A stretch of DNA of 64,000 bases, taken from the NCBI GenBank assembly GCA_000002445.1, contig CM000207.1, positions 2,944,001 through 3,008,000 on the forward strand. Direction: 5' to 3'. Each line of letters starts with the position of its first letter. Position 1 is the stretch's first letter. The position numbers and the translations under genes are program-made. Positions 24,866 through 34,915 of the stretch are shown here, piece after piece. Below the pieces are notes generated by a model. That model did not search any database and was not told the origin of the DNA. It worked only from the letters and a program-made list of their open reading frames with translations. The stretch comes from Trypanosoma brucei. Lineage: Eukaryota.

Positions 24866-25764
24866 TTGTCAAGACTGAATTGACATGCCAAATTCACCCT
24901 TTTCAAACAATAACAACTGTGTAATGTAAGTAAGTGAGTGGTAAGGGGAGAACAAAGTTTAAAGAGGAAGTGAGAAGTATTGTTATTAAGGAAACTAAGA
25001 AGGAAGAAAATAGAAGAATAGGGAATGCTTCCGGCTTCAAACACTAGTATGACAATGGGCATCATCATGCACAAGATAATGGAGACAAAGAACCAAGTGT
25101 ACAAGGCAACTGCTGTATATAAGCTATTGATAACGGTAGAAGCAGTGTAAGAAAAAGCAGAACTCAGAGGGAATATAGTGCTTTAGGATGAGCTAATTAT
25201 GCCCGTATACCTATCAAACATGGATAGATGAGTGTGCATATATGGTGGTGAAGGCTATGGTTTTTAATTTTCTGGCGAGTAGAAAAATGAGGCAAAAAAG
25301 TGGGATAAGAACTTAATTAGTAGAGTCTTTATCATGTTTTTACATCGATGGCAGAGTAGAGACTGAGAAAGCTCGTAAATGACGCTCACATGTTGTTTTT
25401 GTTTGCTATTCATGTTAAATTACAAAATGAAAGTGGAACAACAGCACCATAGTGGCTAGCTAACGCACACCAAACAGACAATAACGTAGACTAATCTTTT
25501 ACACCGTGTTGCCTCGATCAACCATGAGTAAATAAGTCTGTAGAGGCACTCTGCAGGTATGCAAAGCTTGAAGGCAGTTTCATGGCAACAAAACAGAAGA
25601 TTTTGCAGATGCTCTGCATAAAAATGTGCAAATTAGTAAAATATATGTGTGAAAATGGCTTTTCAGTGCAAAGTTTACAGTGATACAGTATCAAAAATGA
25701 GTACTAATGTGAAAGTTTCTAATTTGGTTCATTTTCATCATCTTGTGGATATTTGTTAAGGCTA

Positions 25765-25835
25765 TAAAAGCGATAATAACAATGATAATGACAAGAGTGT
25801 GTGTGTATATACTAATATCATAATATAAGTACTGG
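25765..25835 (+). repeat. 70-bp repeat, plus orientation, about 2.1 kb upstream of the VSG at 27985.
   Basis: AATAACAATGATAATGACAAGAGTGTGTGTGTATATACTAATATCATAATATAAG. Confidence 0.6.
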
Positions 25836-26829
25836 AGAAAAGCGCATTGTCGACCAGTATAGAAGCACATAAACCAGTGGAAAGGGTGAAACGAGGGTAA
25901 GTGATTGAGTGGAGCAGGGACGTACTGAAAGGGAATGAGGCATATTGTCAAATGACACTAAGAAAGACAGAAAGAGAAGATAGAATATACATGGCTTCAA
26001 ACATAAAAATGACTATAGGCATTATCATACACGGGAGGATTATTGAGGAATAAAATGTGGAAAAGACAAAATCCGCTGTACATGAAAATTTGCGTTTCTA
26101 CGTTATTAGCAGTGGTAGAAGCGGAGATAGAAAACTGTAAAACACAGCATATAACAGAAGTAAATGATAGAGGAAAACAGATTATACACTCAAATTAACT
26201 CAACAATGGACAGATACCACTTCAATGATGGACATATAAACCACGGGGGAAGTAGTTGTGGAGCCTGCGCTATTGGAAATGCGTATTGAAAACGGACGGT
26301 TGTGCTATTTATCACAGGAAGATGGTAAGACCTTTAGTATATATAAAACAAACAGTAAAACTAGCTATCCCTATTCCCACATCAATATGTGGAGGTGAAA
26401 TATGAAGAATACAAGGAACATCAGAATACACGAGTAAATAGTAGTGGGTGTGTTTAAACATAACTTCTATAAAAAAAAGTATATTACTACTCAAATAAAG
26501 GCTTTAGATACTACGCACACGCACTATTCAGCAACTACATTATTACAATATAAAGAAAATAGTCATATATGCAAGCACTATGGTACAACAAATGATTTAT
26601 TTTGTAATTTTTCTTACATTTCCTTATAGCAATTTCAAACTTTATTAGTATGTTAGGAGAATAAAATTTGTATTTTGAGAACTTCAATATTACCATTGAT
26701 ATTGCATTTAACCTGATTAAGCTCAATATCTTTGCAAGGTAATAAAATAAATAGCATGACAAATATAAGACAGAACGTTCCTAAGAAGACTAGAGTCTTC
26801 GTGGTTTTAGTTCAAACTCATGCAACTGA

Positions 26830-27580
26830 AGGATAGTGTAAGCTCATATTAAGTGCCAAACTAAAGCATGTTGAAATTATTACAATTACTATGGGAGGTT
26901 TGTATACTCATGTCAGGCGGCCTAGATGGGTTATGGAATTTTTAGAGAAACAGAATGCAAGTGATGAGGATATTGTAATTCACTTGTATGGATCTGATGT
27001 TATTGTTTTTGATCGTGATAAATATGAAAATGCTGTAGAATATTTCATTCATTAAAACATCTGAGTGTTATGGTCCACACTTAGAGTTAAATATGAATTT
27101 GTAGCATAGGGAACATGTGGAGAGATGCTATTGGTTTTTTAATGTTGGACAAATAAAAGATAAAAAGTTAACTCATTTACTGAAGTCTTATCCTAGTGGC
27201 AGACATTATATTAGTTGCGGTGGTTTGATAGCGAGAGTATGGGCATTTAACAAATTTGAATACGCATTTGGAGAGTTACTAAAAGGTAATGATGAATGAT
27301 TGTCAGATCAACGTATTTACAAACCGTTGCTAATATGGAGTGCAATTCAAGAAGAAGCTGTTGGACAGAGATTCGTTTTGAAGAGAAAATTAATTGGATT
27401 GTATTATGATAAGAGATTATTCTCCATTCCCAATAGTGGTGAAATTGGAGAAGCATCATTCATTCATTTTTCAGGTCAGCCAATTGCATGGGAGGAAAAA
27501 GCTAAGTTAATTGTTAAAAATCTTACTTGGTATAACGAATTGGAATTAAGGTGGTTTGGTACAAGACATTTGTAGAAATA
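26830..27580 (+). pseudogene. Conserved non-VSG gene fragment, copy A, frame-disrupted. It is paralogous to 42091-42849 and may be ESAG3-related (unverified).
   Basis: Reading across frames gives ...VQTHATEG.CKLILSAKLKHVEIITITMGGLYTHVRRPRWVMEFLEKQNASDEDIVIHLYGSDVIVFDRDKYENAVEYFIH, then ARVWAFNKFEYAFGELLKGNDE, then PLLIWSAIQEEAVGQRFVLKRKLIGLYYDKRLFSIPNSGEIGEASFIHFSGQPIAWEEKAKLIVKNLTWY. This is roughly 75% identical to copy B at the protein level. The homology extends about 130 bp upstream (AAGCTCAATATCT...AGTTCAAACTCATGCAACT). Confidence 0.5.
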
Positions 27581-27876
27581 AAAGCTTGTTTGATACATGA
27601 GATGAAATGGGAATTTCAACTTTCGAGTATTTGTTGCAAATTCAGCATACAAGAAGATCTAAATAGTACGACCAAAAGATAGGCGGTATCAAGGCAAAAA
27701 AGTAGAAAATATGTCTGTGGAGCACCCTTCTAGTTTGATAGCTCTGTGCTATTTGCAGTACGGAGGGAAGTTCTTCGGACATATAGAGATGACCACAACC
27801 GGAGCAGAGTGAGAACACAACCAACTTTACAACAAACAATTACGACGGCACCTCAACAACGCAGCAGCAATATACT

Positions 27877-29436
27877 ATGATTCGCCCTTTATCCGAAGTC
27901 GAACTTGTAATTCCTTTAATGCAAAAGTTATTTTTAAATACTTTGGCGGCAACTTCACACAAAAGAAAGGTATACAAACAGACTATGCTTGGCCATGTCT
28001 TATCAATAGTGCTAATAGCCGCTTTACGGTTGGCAGACGGAGCCGCTGATGATAACGCAGCGGTACATCAATTCATGTGTAGGCTAACAGCGCTAGCGGC
28101 GACACCCGTAGAACCACCGGCGATAGAAACAAACACTGATTGGGTGATGACGACACTCGAGCAGTTAAACGCTTCGACCACCGACACCAAGTGGCAGGCA
28201 ATGTTTGACACATCAGAAGCTAACACAAAAGGCGAACAATTCCCAGAAATTAGACCAGCAGTGCAGCACAAGAAAGAATGGAAGGAAGCTTGGCCTCTCT
28301 GGTGGAGATCGTTCCAAGCCGCGAGGGCGGCAAAAATAAACTCCGATGAAAACAAAGACTACAAACGTATCTCCGACAAACAACAGCTTGCAGCACTACA
28401 CTCATTAGTCGAAACGCTAGCAGCGGAGGCGGCAACAGTAAACACAAAGTATCTAGCAGCCAAAACCAAAGCGACGGTAACAGAAAAGGAAACAGCCCAA
28501 AACGCACTAACTGCGGCACTCTATGGCGGCGATGGCACACAGTCAACAGTCGCGCGGCCAGCCACCATTGCCGCGGGCAGTACTTACACAGCAGTCTGCG
28601 GCAAAGCGGCAAAGGGCAAGAGTCTCATAAGAGATTTCTTCTGCCTTTGCAATGCGGCGGTAGCATCCCAGAAAGTATGTACAGATGCCTACTCAGGAGC
28701 CGACTGGGGCGGATCAGTAACAGCAACGAACCTAGAGTGGACGGCCCTAAAACGGACATGCCCGGCAACAGAAGCTGAGCAAGCGACTCCGGAACTCATT
28801 CAGGAGTTCCTAGCCGCTTTTACAGCGACCCTGACGCAGAAATCAAGCGGCAGCGAACTGTATGTCAGGCTGGGAAAATCAGAGGACCACACGTGCGACG
28901 GCACCAGCAACAAAGTTTGCGTAGACTACAGCGAGCACTTTAAGAAAAACTCTGGAAAAGGGATTCAAGCGATAGCATGGTTCAAAAAATTGCAGGAAGC
29001 AGCCACAGCCCTGCGTCGCATGTATTCAGCGGCCCAATTAGCAGAAGCCTATGCTACACAATTGATTGCATACAAAACGAACGCTGATGCAGCATATGAA
29101 GCGGCAATAGCAGGAAAACTTGTCAGAGCAGCAGAAGCAGCCAACCAAGCAAGTAAGGACAAAACCACGGTAAGCCCGGCAGCAGACTCAAACTGTGCAC
29201 AATACAGGGCAAACAAGACTTGCACAGAAAATGACTGCAAATGGGATAGCACTAAAGAGACAACAGGAAAATACTGCAAACCTAAAGATGGAGAAGGACA
29301 GACAAACACAGCAGTAGGAACAGGAGAGGCACCAAATGCAGAAGGCAAAAAGTGCTCCGAAAAAAAACTGGGTCCGACTGCAAAGATGGTTGCAAATGAG
29401 ATGGAAAAGAGTTCAAAGATTACAGTTTTGGAATAA
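27877..29436 (+). CDS. VSG: VSG, b-type, with an intact N-terminal domain, a C-terminal frameshift and no stop after the GPI signal.
   Basis: A 519-aa ORF whose probable start is M37 at 27985 (MLGHVLSIVLIAALRLADGAADD). The CTD has CAQYRANKTCTENDCKWDSTKE and KKCSEKK. The canonical end ...CKDGCK.DGKEFKDYSFGITKKLALAAVSPVALAAFSLF is in another frame from about 29370. Confidence 0.8.
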   Translation: MIRPLSEVELVIPLMQKLFLNTLAATSHKRKVYKQTMLGHVLSIVLIAALRLADGAADDNAAVHQFMCRLTALAATPVEPPAIETNTDWVMTTLEQLNASTTDTKWQAMFDTSEANTKGEQFPEIRPAVQHKKEWKEAWPLWWRSFQAARAAKINSDENKDYKRISDKQQLAALHSLVETLAAEAATVNTKYLAAKTKATVTEKETAQNALTAALYGGDGTQSTVARPATIAAGSTYTAVCGKAAKGKSLIRDFFCLCNAAVASQKVCTDAYSGADWGGSVTATNLEWTALKRTCPATEAEQATPELIQEFLAAFTATLTQKSSGSELYVRLGKSEDHTCDGTSNKVCVDYSEHFKKNSGKGIQAIAWFKKLQEAATALRRMYSAAQLAEAYATQLIAYKTNADAAYEAAIAGKLVRAAEAANQASKDKTTVSPAADSNCAQYRANKTCTENDCKWDSTKETTGKYCKPKDGEGQTNTAVGTGEAPNAEGKKCSEKKLGPTAKMVANEMEKSSKITVLE

Positions 29437-29624
29437 CTAAGAAACTTGCTCTGGCTGCTGTTTCTCCTGTAGCATTGGCAGCATTTTCACTATTCCAAGT
29501 GTTTTTTCCAAATTTTATGCTGTTTATAAAAAGTATGAAATTTGGTATGAAAGTGGCCTGGGGGAGAAAACTAGTAAGATTATGAAGTATGAAAATGAGT
29601 GCCGCTCTATTTTGTTTTATTTTA

Positions 29625-29795
29625 TTTTTTAACGAATATTAGTTAGGGTTATAATAGGAGTGGTAATTATAAGAATTTGTTTTGTATATAGTAATATTAT
29701 GATAAGAAGAGTAATGATAATAATAATAATGATAATGATAGTAATGATGGGAGAGTGTTGTGAGTGTGTATATATGAATATTATAATATGAAAAG
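29625..29795 (+). repeat. 70-bp repeats, about two units, plus orientation.
   Basis: TTAGTTAGGGTTATAATAGGAG...AATGATAATAATAATAATGATAATGATAGTAATGATGGGAGAGTGTTGTGAGTGTGTATATATGAATATTATAATATGAAAAG. Confidence 0.75.
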
Positions 29796-31206
29796 TAGTG
29801 AAGACTAAGTGGGATGCGAAAATTTAAGCACTTAAATAACTGCAAGTGTGAAATAAGAGTAAATGAGCGAGTGAAAGTGGTAAAGAGCACGAGTAAAATT
29901 ATTATATGAGATGGAATATGCGCAGTTTGAAACACAAACTTAACAATGTACATCATTATGCTCTTGAAATTGATTCAGTAGATAACGAGGGAAAGACAAA
30001 GTGTGGTGTACTGGACAATTTTAGTTGCTAAGTTATCTGTAGAAACAATGAAAGAATACGAAAAGAAAGGAAATGAAAAAATACGAAAAGAAAGGAAATG
30101 AAAAAATACAAAGTGAAACAGCAGAGCACGCGGCAGGAAAGCTGAAAAGAGAATAAGAAATATGAAGATTTTTATACAAAGTTCACACCGAAGTTGTTAG
30201 ATAGCGCTGCAGAAATTGTGTAACATGTATTTTTTATCTTATAGCAGTTGCGAATATGCAGTTATTAAGTATGAAAGGTGTTATATGGAGAAGCAGGAAG
30301 AAGGGATTATATAAGTGTATGGTAATGTCTATTTCTTTCTGTCATAACTTATCGTATTGATGGCTAACACTTGTGGTAAATGACAAAAGATTACTGGAAG
30401 GGTTTTTAAAGAGGGGACCATCAATATACTACTGTGAACTGAAATGGAATTGTAAAAACGCAGAATCCACATAAAATAGCGCATGCATCGAGAGGCAGAG
30501 GATATTTGTATGACCTTGAGAAAGTTTTAGATGGTACACGTCCCTTAATGACACGATGGACAGACGTTGAGCCCATTCAAGGGACGAGTAATTTGCATAA
30601 GAATACACGGTGAGGTGACATTGGTTGAGCAAATCGTAGAAATTCATTCGAGAGAGTGCATTCATGTCTCAAATTTACGAGTATGAGCACGAAGCAGCAG
30701 CGATTGATGACAAACAGAGCAAAAAAGGAGGGTATGTGACCAACAGAAGCCAAAACTCTATTTCTCCGTGCTGTCGTAAGCAGGTCCCCTGGGCAAACAA
30801 AGAAAATGGATTAGAAAAAACAAACACTGGCGTTTTAGATAGACGTTGCGTATGTTTTATGGAAACGAAAGGTTTGAATAAGAACGACACTACTCCCAGA
30901 TGAAATAAGCGTCCACCGTAGTGACACAGAATTCAGCAAGCGAATGGAGAATTTAGAATTATATACCGTCTGTCGAGAAAAACAGCTTAAAAATGTATTA
31001 ATGTTAGCACCGTGGAGGTCTCGTATGTTTTTCCCGGCAGAAACTGGACGCCAAATGATTTATAATTAAAACAACAAACACCACACTCGGCGTAAGTAAC
31101 TATAAACTAACCAAACTGACAGAAAACAGACCTTGCAAGCACCCAGATACAACAAACCTATAGTGTCCAAGAAAGCAAATTCTCATCTTTGTAGCAACTT
31201 ACGTCG

Positions 31207-32676
31207 ATGGACTACAAAGACTGCTATGGCTACTTAGCAGCACTGACCTTTGTAGTATCTTTGTGCTCAGGCGCTCCACTAACAGACAACGACCCTGTAG
31301 CCGAGCAGATATCAGACCTGTGCAAAGAGAAGTTTTACGTGGAAACACTCATCCAAAATCTCAAGCAAAGAGTGCAAAGCACCGCGGCCTCAATCAAAGA
31401 CATGGAGAAGCTGAAAGCAACATGGGAAAAAGCAGCAGCCGCCACATCTGATGCCGCAAAAAAATGCCTATTCAGCGCACTGGAACACAAAGCCGATGCG
31501 GAACTATTGAGGGAACTGCCAAAGATAGAAGAAGCAACAGAAGCGGTGACAACAGCTCAAATAGCATTGTCCGAGCATGTGGGGATGCTAGGAGCCACCA
31601 TAACTTTGGCAAAAACTAAGCTCGACAGCGGCAGCAGTAACCACGGCAACGCCGGCACAGGTTCAATCAGAATAGCACTCTCTAGAACAACCGCAACAAC
31701 AGACCTCTGCAACGAACCCGCGACTATATCGGATATCAAACCTGGAGTGTCGGAAATTCAACCAGACAAACTGTTCAAACTTAAACTAACCAAACCAACA
31801 GATCTGCACAAGCACATGTTCGTCGACTGGCTAACGATCGGAGGACTAACGAGCTGCACGGCGCACACATCTTACGACCAAAACTTCGACGCCGCCCTCA
31901 GTGGCTGCAACTACAAAACGGCAGCCACAGCGGAGGCTAAACAAGCCACAACCAAGCCGACCTACGGCACCACAGAGGTCACGCTATTCAAAAATAACGA
32001 CCCAGAACAGCAATGCGAAGTAACAGATCTACCAGCTGGAGGAGCCGCAGACAAACACAAAAAACTACAACATTCACTGTGCCGAGCGTTGCAATTAGGC
32101 AATGTCAACGGACGGTCGCTGCGACAACTAAACGGCGCGGCACTACAAAGTGACCATGTTGTTGCCAACACAATCAGAAACTGCGACCCAGTCTTCCAAA
32201 AACTAACGACAGCCACAGATGGCGAAGGGACAACTGAGTTAAAAAAATACATCAAAGAAGCATATGGAAGCTCTGCAAGCGAGTTCGCTGAGAAGTTCAT
32301 TACAAACGCGGAAAAACTACAAATGACGTTGCGCTTAAATGATAAAATAGAAACAAAGGATTTGAGTGCTGTTTCACCAGGTGAACAAACCGCAGCAGCT
32401 CTGAGTCATATACAGGGACTACATAACAAAAGGGAACTTGAAGCAGGAAAAAAGAGTACAAGCGCTGCGGCGGTTGATCCACAAAAATCAGAGGACTGCA
32501 AGGGAGAAAAGGACGAAACTAAATGCAACAAAAAAGATGGGTGTGAATTCAAAGACGGGGAGTGCTTAGCTAAAGTGACAACAGCAGCAGGGACAGATGG
32601 TAAAACAAACACCACAGGAAGCAATTCTTTTGTCATTCATAAGACCCCTCTTTTGCATGTATGTTTGCTGCTATAA
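31207..32676 (+). CDS. VSG: VSG, a-type, apparently fully intact, with signal peptide, N-terminal domain, CTD, GPI signal and stop.
   Basis: A 489-aa ORF that begins MDYKDCYGYLAALTFVVSLCSGAP and ends ...EDCKGEKDETKCNKKDGCEFKDGECLAKV...GSNSFVIHKTPLLHVCLLL*. There are no internal stops or frameshifts. Confidence 0.85.
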   Translation: MDYKDCYGYLAALTFVVSLCSGAPLTDNDPVAEQISDLCKEKFYVETLIQNLKQRVQSTAASIKDMEKLKATWEKAAAATSDAAKKCLFSALEHKADAELLRELPKIEEATEAVTTAQIALSEHVGMLGATITLAKTKLDSGSSNHGNAGTGSIRIALSRTTATTDLCNEPATISDIKPGVSEIQPDKLFKLKLTKPTDLHKHMFVDWLTIGGLTSCTAHTSYDQNFDAALSGCNYKTAATAEAKQATTKPTYGTTEVTLFKNNDPEQQCEVTDLPAGGAADKHKKLQHSLCRALQLGNVNGRSLRQLNGAALQSDHVVANTIRNCDPVFQKLTTATDGEGTTELKKYIKEAYGSSASEFAEKFITNAEKLQMTLRLNDKIETKDLSAVSPGEQTAAALSHIQGLHNKRELEAGKKSTSAAAVDPQKSEDCKGEKDETKCNKKDGCEFKDGECLAKVTTAAGTDGKTNTTGSNSFVIHKTPLLHVCLLL

Positions 32677-32857
32677 TAACACTTTAAATAATTATTTGTA
32701 AAATATTTTTCTCAATTATATGAAAATTATAGAAACTATGACAGTTTTCGTTTTTGAAAGAACTTTATAAAATTAATCATACTTCAAATGTAACAATACT
32801 TTTTAATAAAAAAGTAGAAAATAGAAAATTTTTCCGATTATGATTTATTTTGCTTAT

Positions 32858-32940
32858 GGATATTGGTTAGGGTTATAATAATGTAGTAAAAGTAATAATA
32901 AAAGGAGCGTGTTTTCATTACATATTATGTAATTATAAAA
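32858..32940 (+). repeat. 70-bp repeat, degenerate, plus orientation.
   Basis: GATATTGGTTAGGGTTATAATAATGTAGTAAAAGTAATAATAAAAGGAGCGTGTTTTCATTACATATTATGTAATTATAAAAC. Confidence 0.5.
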
Positions 32941-33251
32941 CAAGCAGGAGGAACCGAGTGACGGGACAAAATTAAGCACTTAAACAACAGTGAACTCGTA
33001 ATAATTTTAATTTAGTGACAAAGATTAAAATGGATAAAAACAGAAATGTATATGGATTATATTCACTTTTAAACGCTCAAATGGAAAAGTGATCACAACA
33101 ACAATAACAATAAATGCTGTATTATTACTAAACAGATAAAAACGACACTCTAGCGTATGTAGATACAAAACCTAGCTGTAAAACGCTCACTGGATCACTG
33201 ATGAAAAAAACACAAGAGAAAATAAAAGGAAAAGAAGAAGACACAAAAGAC

Positions 33252-33749
33252 TTTTTTTAAATTTTCTTCGTGCCTTCGTGGGAGTTTCCCCCCACTGGCG
33301 CGGCTATCAGCCATCACCGTAGAGCCCTGAGATGCTATCGATCTGGCGACTGTGGCAGAGTCTCCCTCTTTTATTAAGCCTAACACACCCTCTATAATTT
33401 TTGTTGTAGCTCCGCAGATGAACGGAATACAGCATATGGGGTAAGAAGCCCCCCACCCCAGACTCTCCAAAAGATGTCAATTAGCAATCCTTTTTTTGGA
33501 GTTCCACATCACCGAACAGCAGCATCTTAGTGCGGATGATACTGCTGATGGCACGCTGGCACGTGCCCAGGGACCGACAAATGAAGAACGGTGTCCCAGC
33601 AAGACGCTGCTGATCCCTGTGCTGTATGATGCCGTAGCCGGAGCAAAGCAGTGTTCCCCATGAAAGGAACTCTGCTGGCTCTTGGCTTCCCCCGATGATA
33701 CGGGGTACTGGACCCTGGCACCACGTTGAGGTGGCCGGCATCGCCAGGG
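33252..33749 (-). mobile_element. RIME (ribosomal mobile element), about 500 bp, formed by the ingi 5' and 3' terminal halves joined directly.
   Basis: 33481-33749 is the reverse complement of the ingi 5' segment at 16415-16660. 33262-33480 is the reverse complement of the ingi 3' segment at 21425-21655. The junction reads GTGGAACTCCAAAAAAAGGATTGCTAATTGACATC. Confidence 0.85.
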
Positions 33750-34450
33750 GACACAGACAACAGCGGCAGATGCCAAACGACATCTACCACGGAGACTCTC
33801 AGCAGCATTTCGATGGTAGCCGAATCGGCTGGCACAACATATGGAGGCGAGCTATTACAAACAAAAAAAGCTGACCGCCCAAAGCAAAACTGCGAGGCCG
33901 AAGAAGAGAATCCACCAATTAAACTGGCCAGGGCGGCAAAGCTAGCATCCCTGCTGTGCAAGGCAAAAGACGCGATAACACCTCCAAAGATAGCGCTAGA
34001 AGAGACAACAACAGAAACGTTAGTCGGTGACACCGACTTTTTGTACATTGCAGCCCAACTTCTAGCAACTGAAATCCCAGCAGGTACACAGCCAGAAGGC
34101 ACGGAAGCCGACAAAATCAAGCAACTGATCAAAAGTACTTACGGCGACGCTACAACCTTCATATCGCGATACACCACTGGCCTCTATGACAAGCAGACGA
34201 AATACAAAAAAGGAACCCAAGATCGGGAAGGAACTCTAGACAGCGTAGCCACAGGCACTGACCTAGCCCTGGCAAGCATCTATTTTAAGGGCAGAGCACT
34301 CCCGCTTGATGCAGTTCAAGCAGGACAAGAAAAGAAAAAATCCAAAACAAGACAAACAGATGAAACTTTCAAAAGGAAAGGAAAAGGAGATACTTGCAAA
34401 GATGGGTGAAAATTGAAGGGGGGATTACTGAGAAAAAGTACGCAAAAGAT
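33750..34450 (+). pseudogene. VSG: VSG 3' half (a-type), 5'-truncated at the RIME 5' end, with a frameshifted CTD.
   Basis: ORF 33726-34409 reads ...KIKQLIKSTYGDATTFISRYTTGLYDK...GKGDTCKDG after the RIME-derived MRWPAS. It is homologous to the second halves of the VSGs at 31207 and 15718. A GPI-like tail and the 16-mer variant TGATATATTTTGATAC (34655-34670) follow. Confidence 0.65.
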
Positions 34451-34797
34451 CCGGAATACGAGTTAAATCAGGAAGAAGGAGAAAAAAGAAAACACTGGAA
34501 AACGAAACACAACATGAAACAATTGCACTGTAATTAAGGCATCTGTTTTGCTTCCATTTTTTGTTCTATAATTAATTTTGAAGATTTGTGCTCAGTTTTA
34601 TGGAATTTATGAAATTTTTCTTTTTAAAGATAATTTTCTAAAATTGCTATCACTTGATATATTTTGATACGTTTTAATGAAACGGTTAAAATTAATAAAA
34701 GTTTGGTATGATAGTGTAATATAGGTGTAACGTAATATTCCGATAGGGTATTGAATGCTATTATAATTAGGTTTATTTACTATTCCATTTATTTTAT

Positions 34798-34915
34798 AGA
34801 TATTAGTTAGGTTATGATAGTAATAATAAGATAATAACAGTAGTAATAATAATAATAAGAGGAGAGTGTTGTGAGTGTGCATATACGAATATTATAATGA
34901 GAGCAGTAATGATAA
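34798..34915 (+). repeat. 70-bp repeat, plus orientation.
   Basis: GATATTAGTTAGGTTATGATAGTAATAATAAGATAATAACAGTAGTAATAATAATAATAAGAGGAGAGTGTTGTGAGTGTGCATATACGAATATTATAATGAGAG. Confidence 0.75.

Noticed and set aside
24358-25104. A 248-aa minus-strand ORF (MYTWFFVSIILCMMMPIVIL...).
   Set aside because: It is low-complexity and AT-rich. It overlaps a VSG 3' flank and two 70-bp repeats and has no domain-like features, so the ORF is spurious.
29625-29660. A possible interstitial telomere from the TTAGGG hits.
   Set aside because: Only single hexamers are present, embedded in 70-bp-repeat edges. There is no tandem TTAGGG array anywhere in the window.
30040-30115. Tandem duplication of a roughly 30-bp unit (AATACGAAAAGAAAGGAAATGAAAAAATAC, two copies).
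   Set aside because: It is a short local slippage duplication in an A-rich spacer, with no further array structure.
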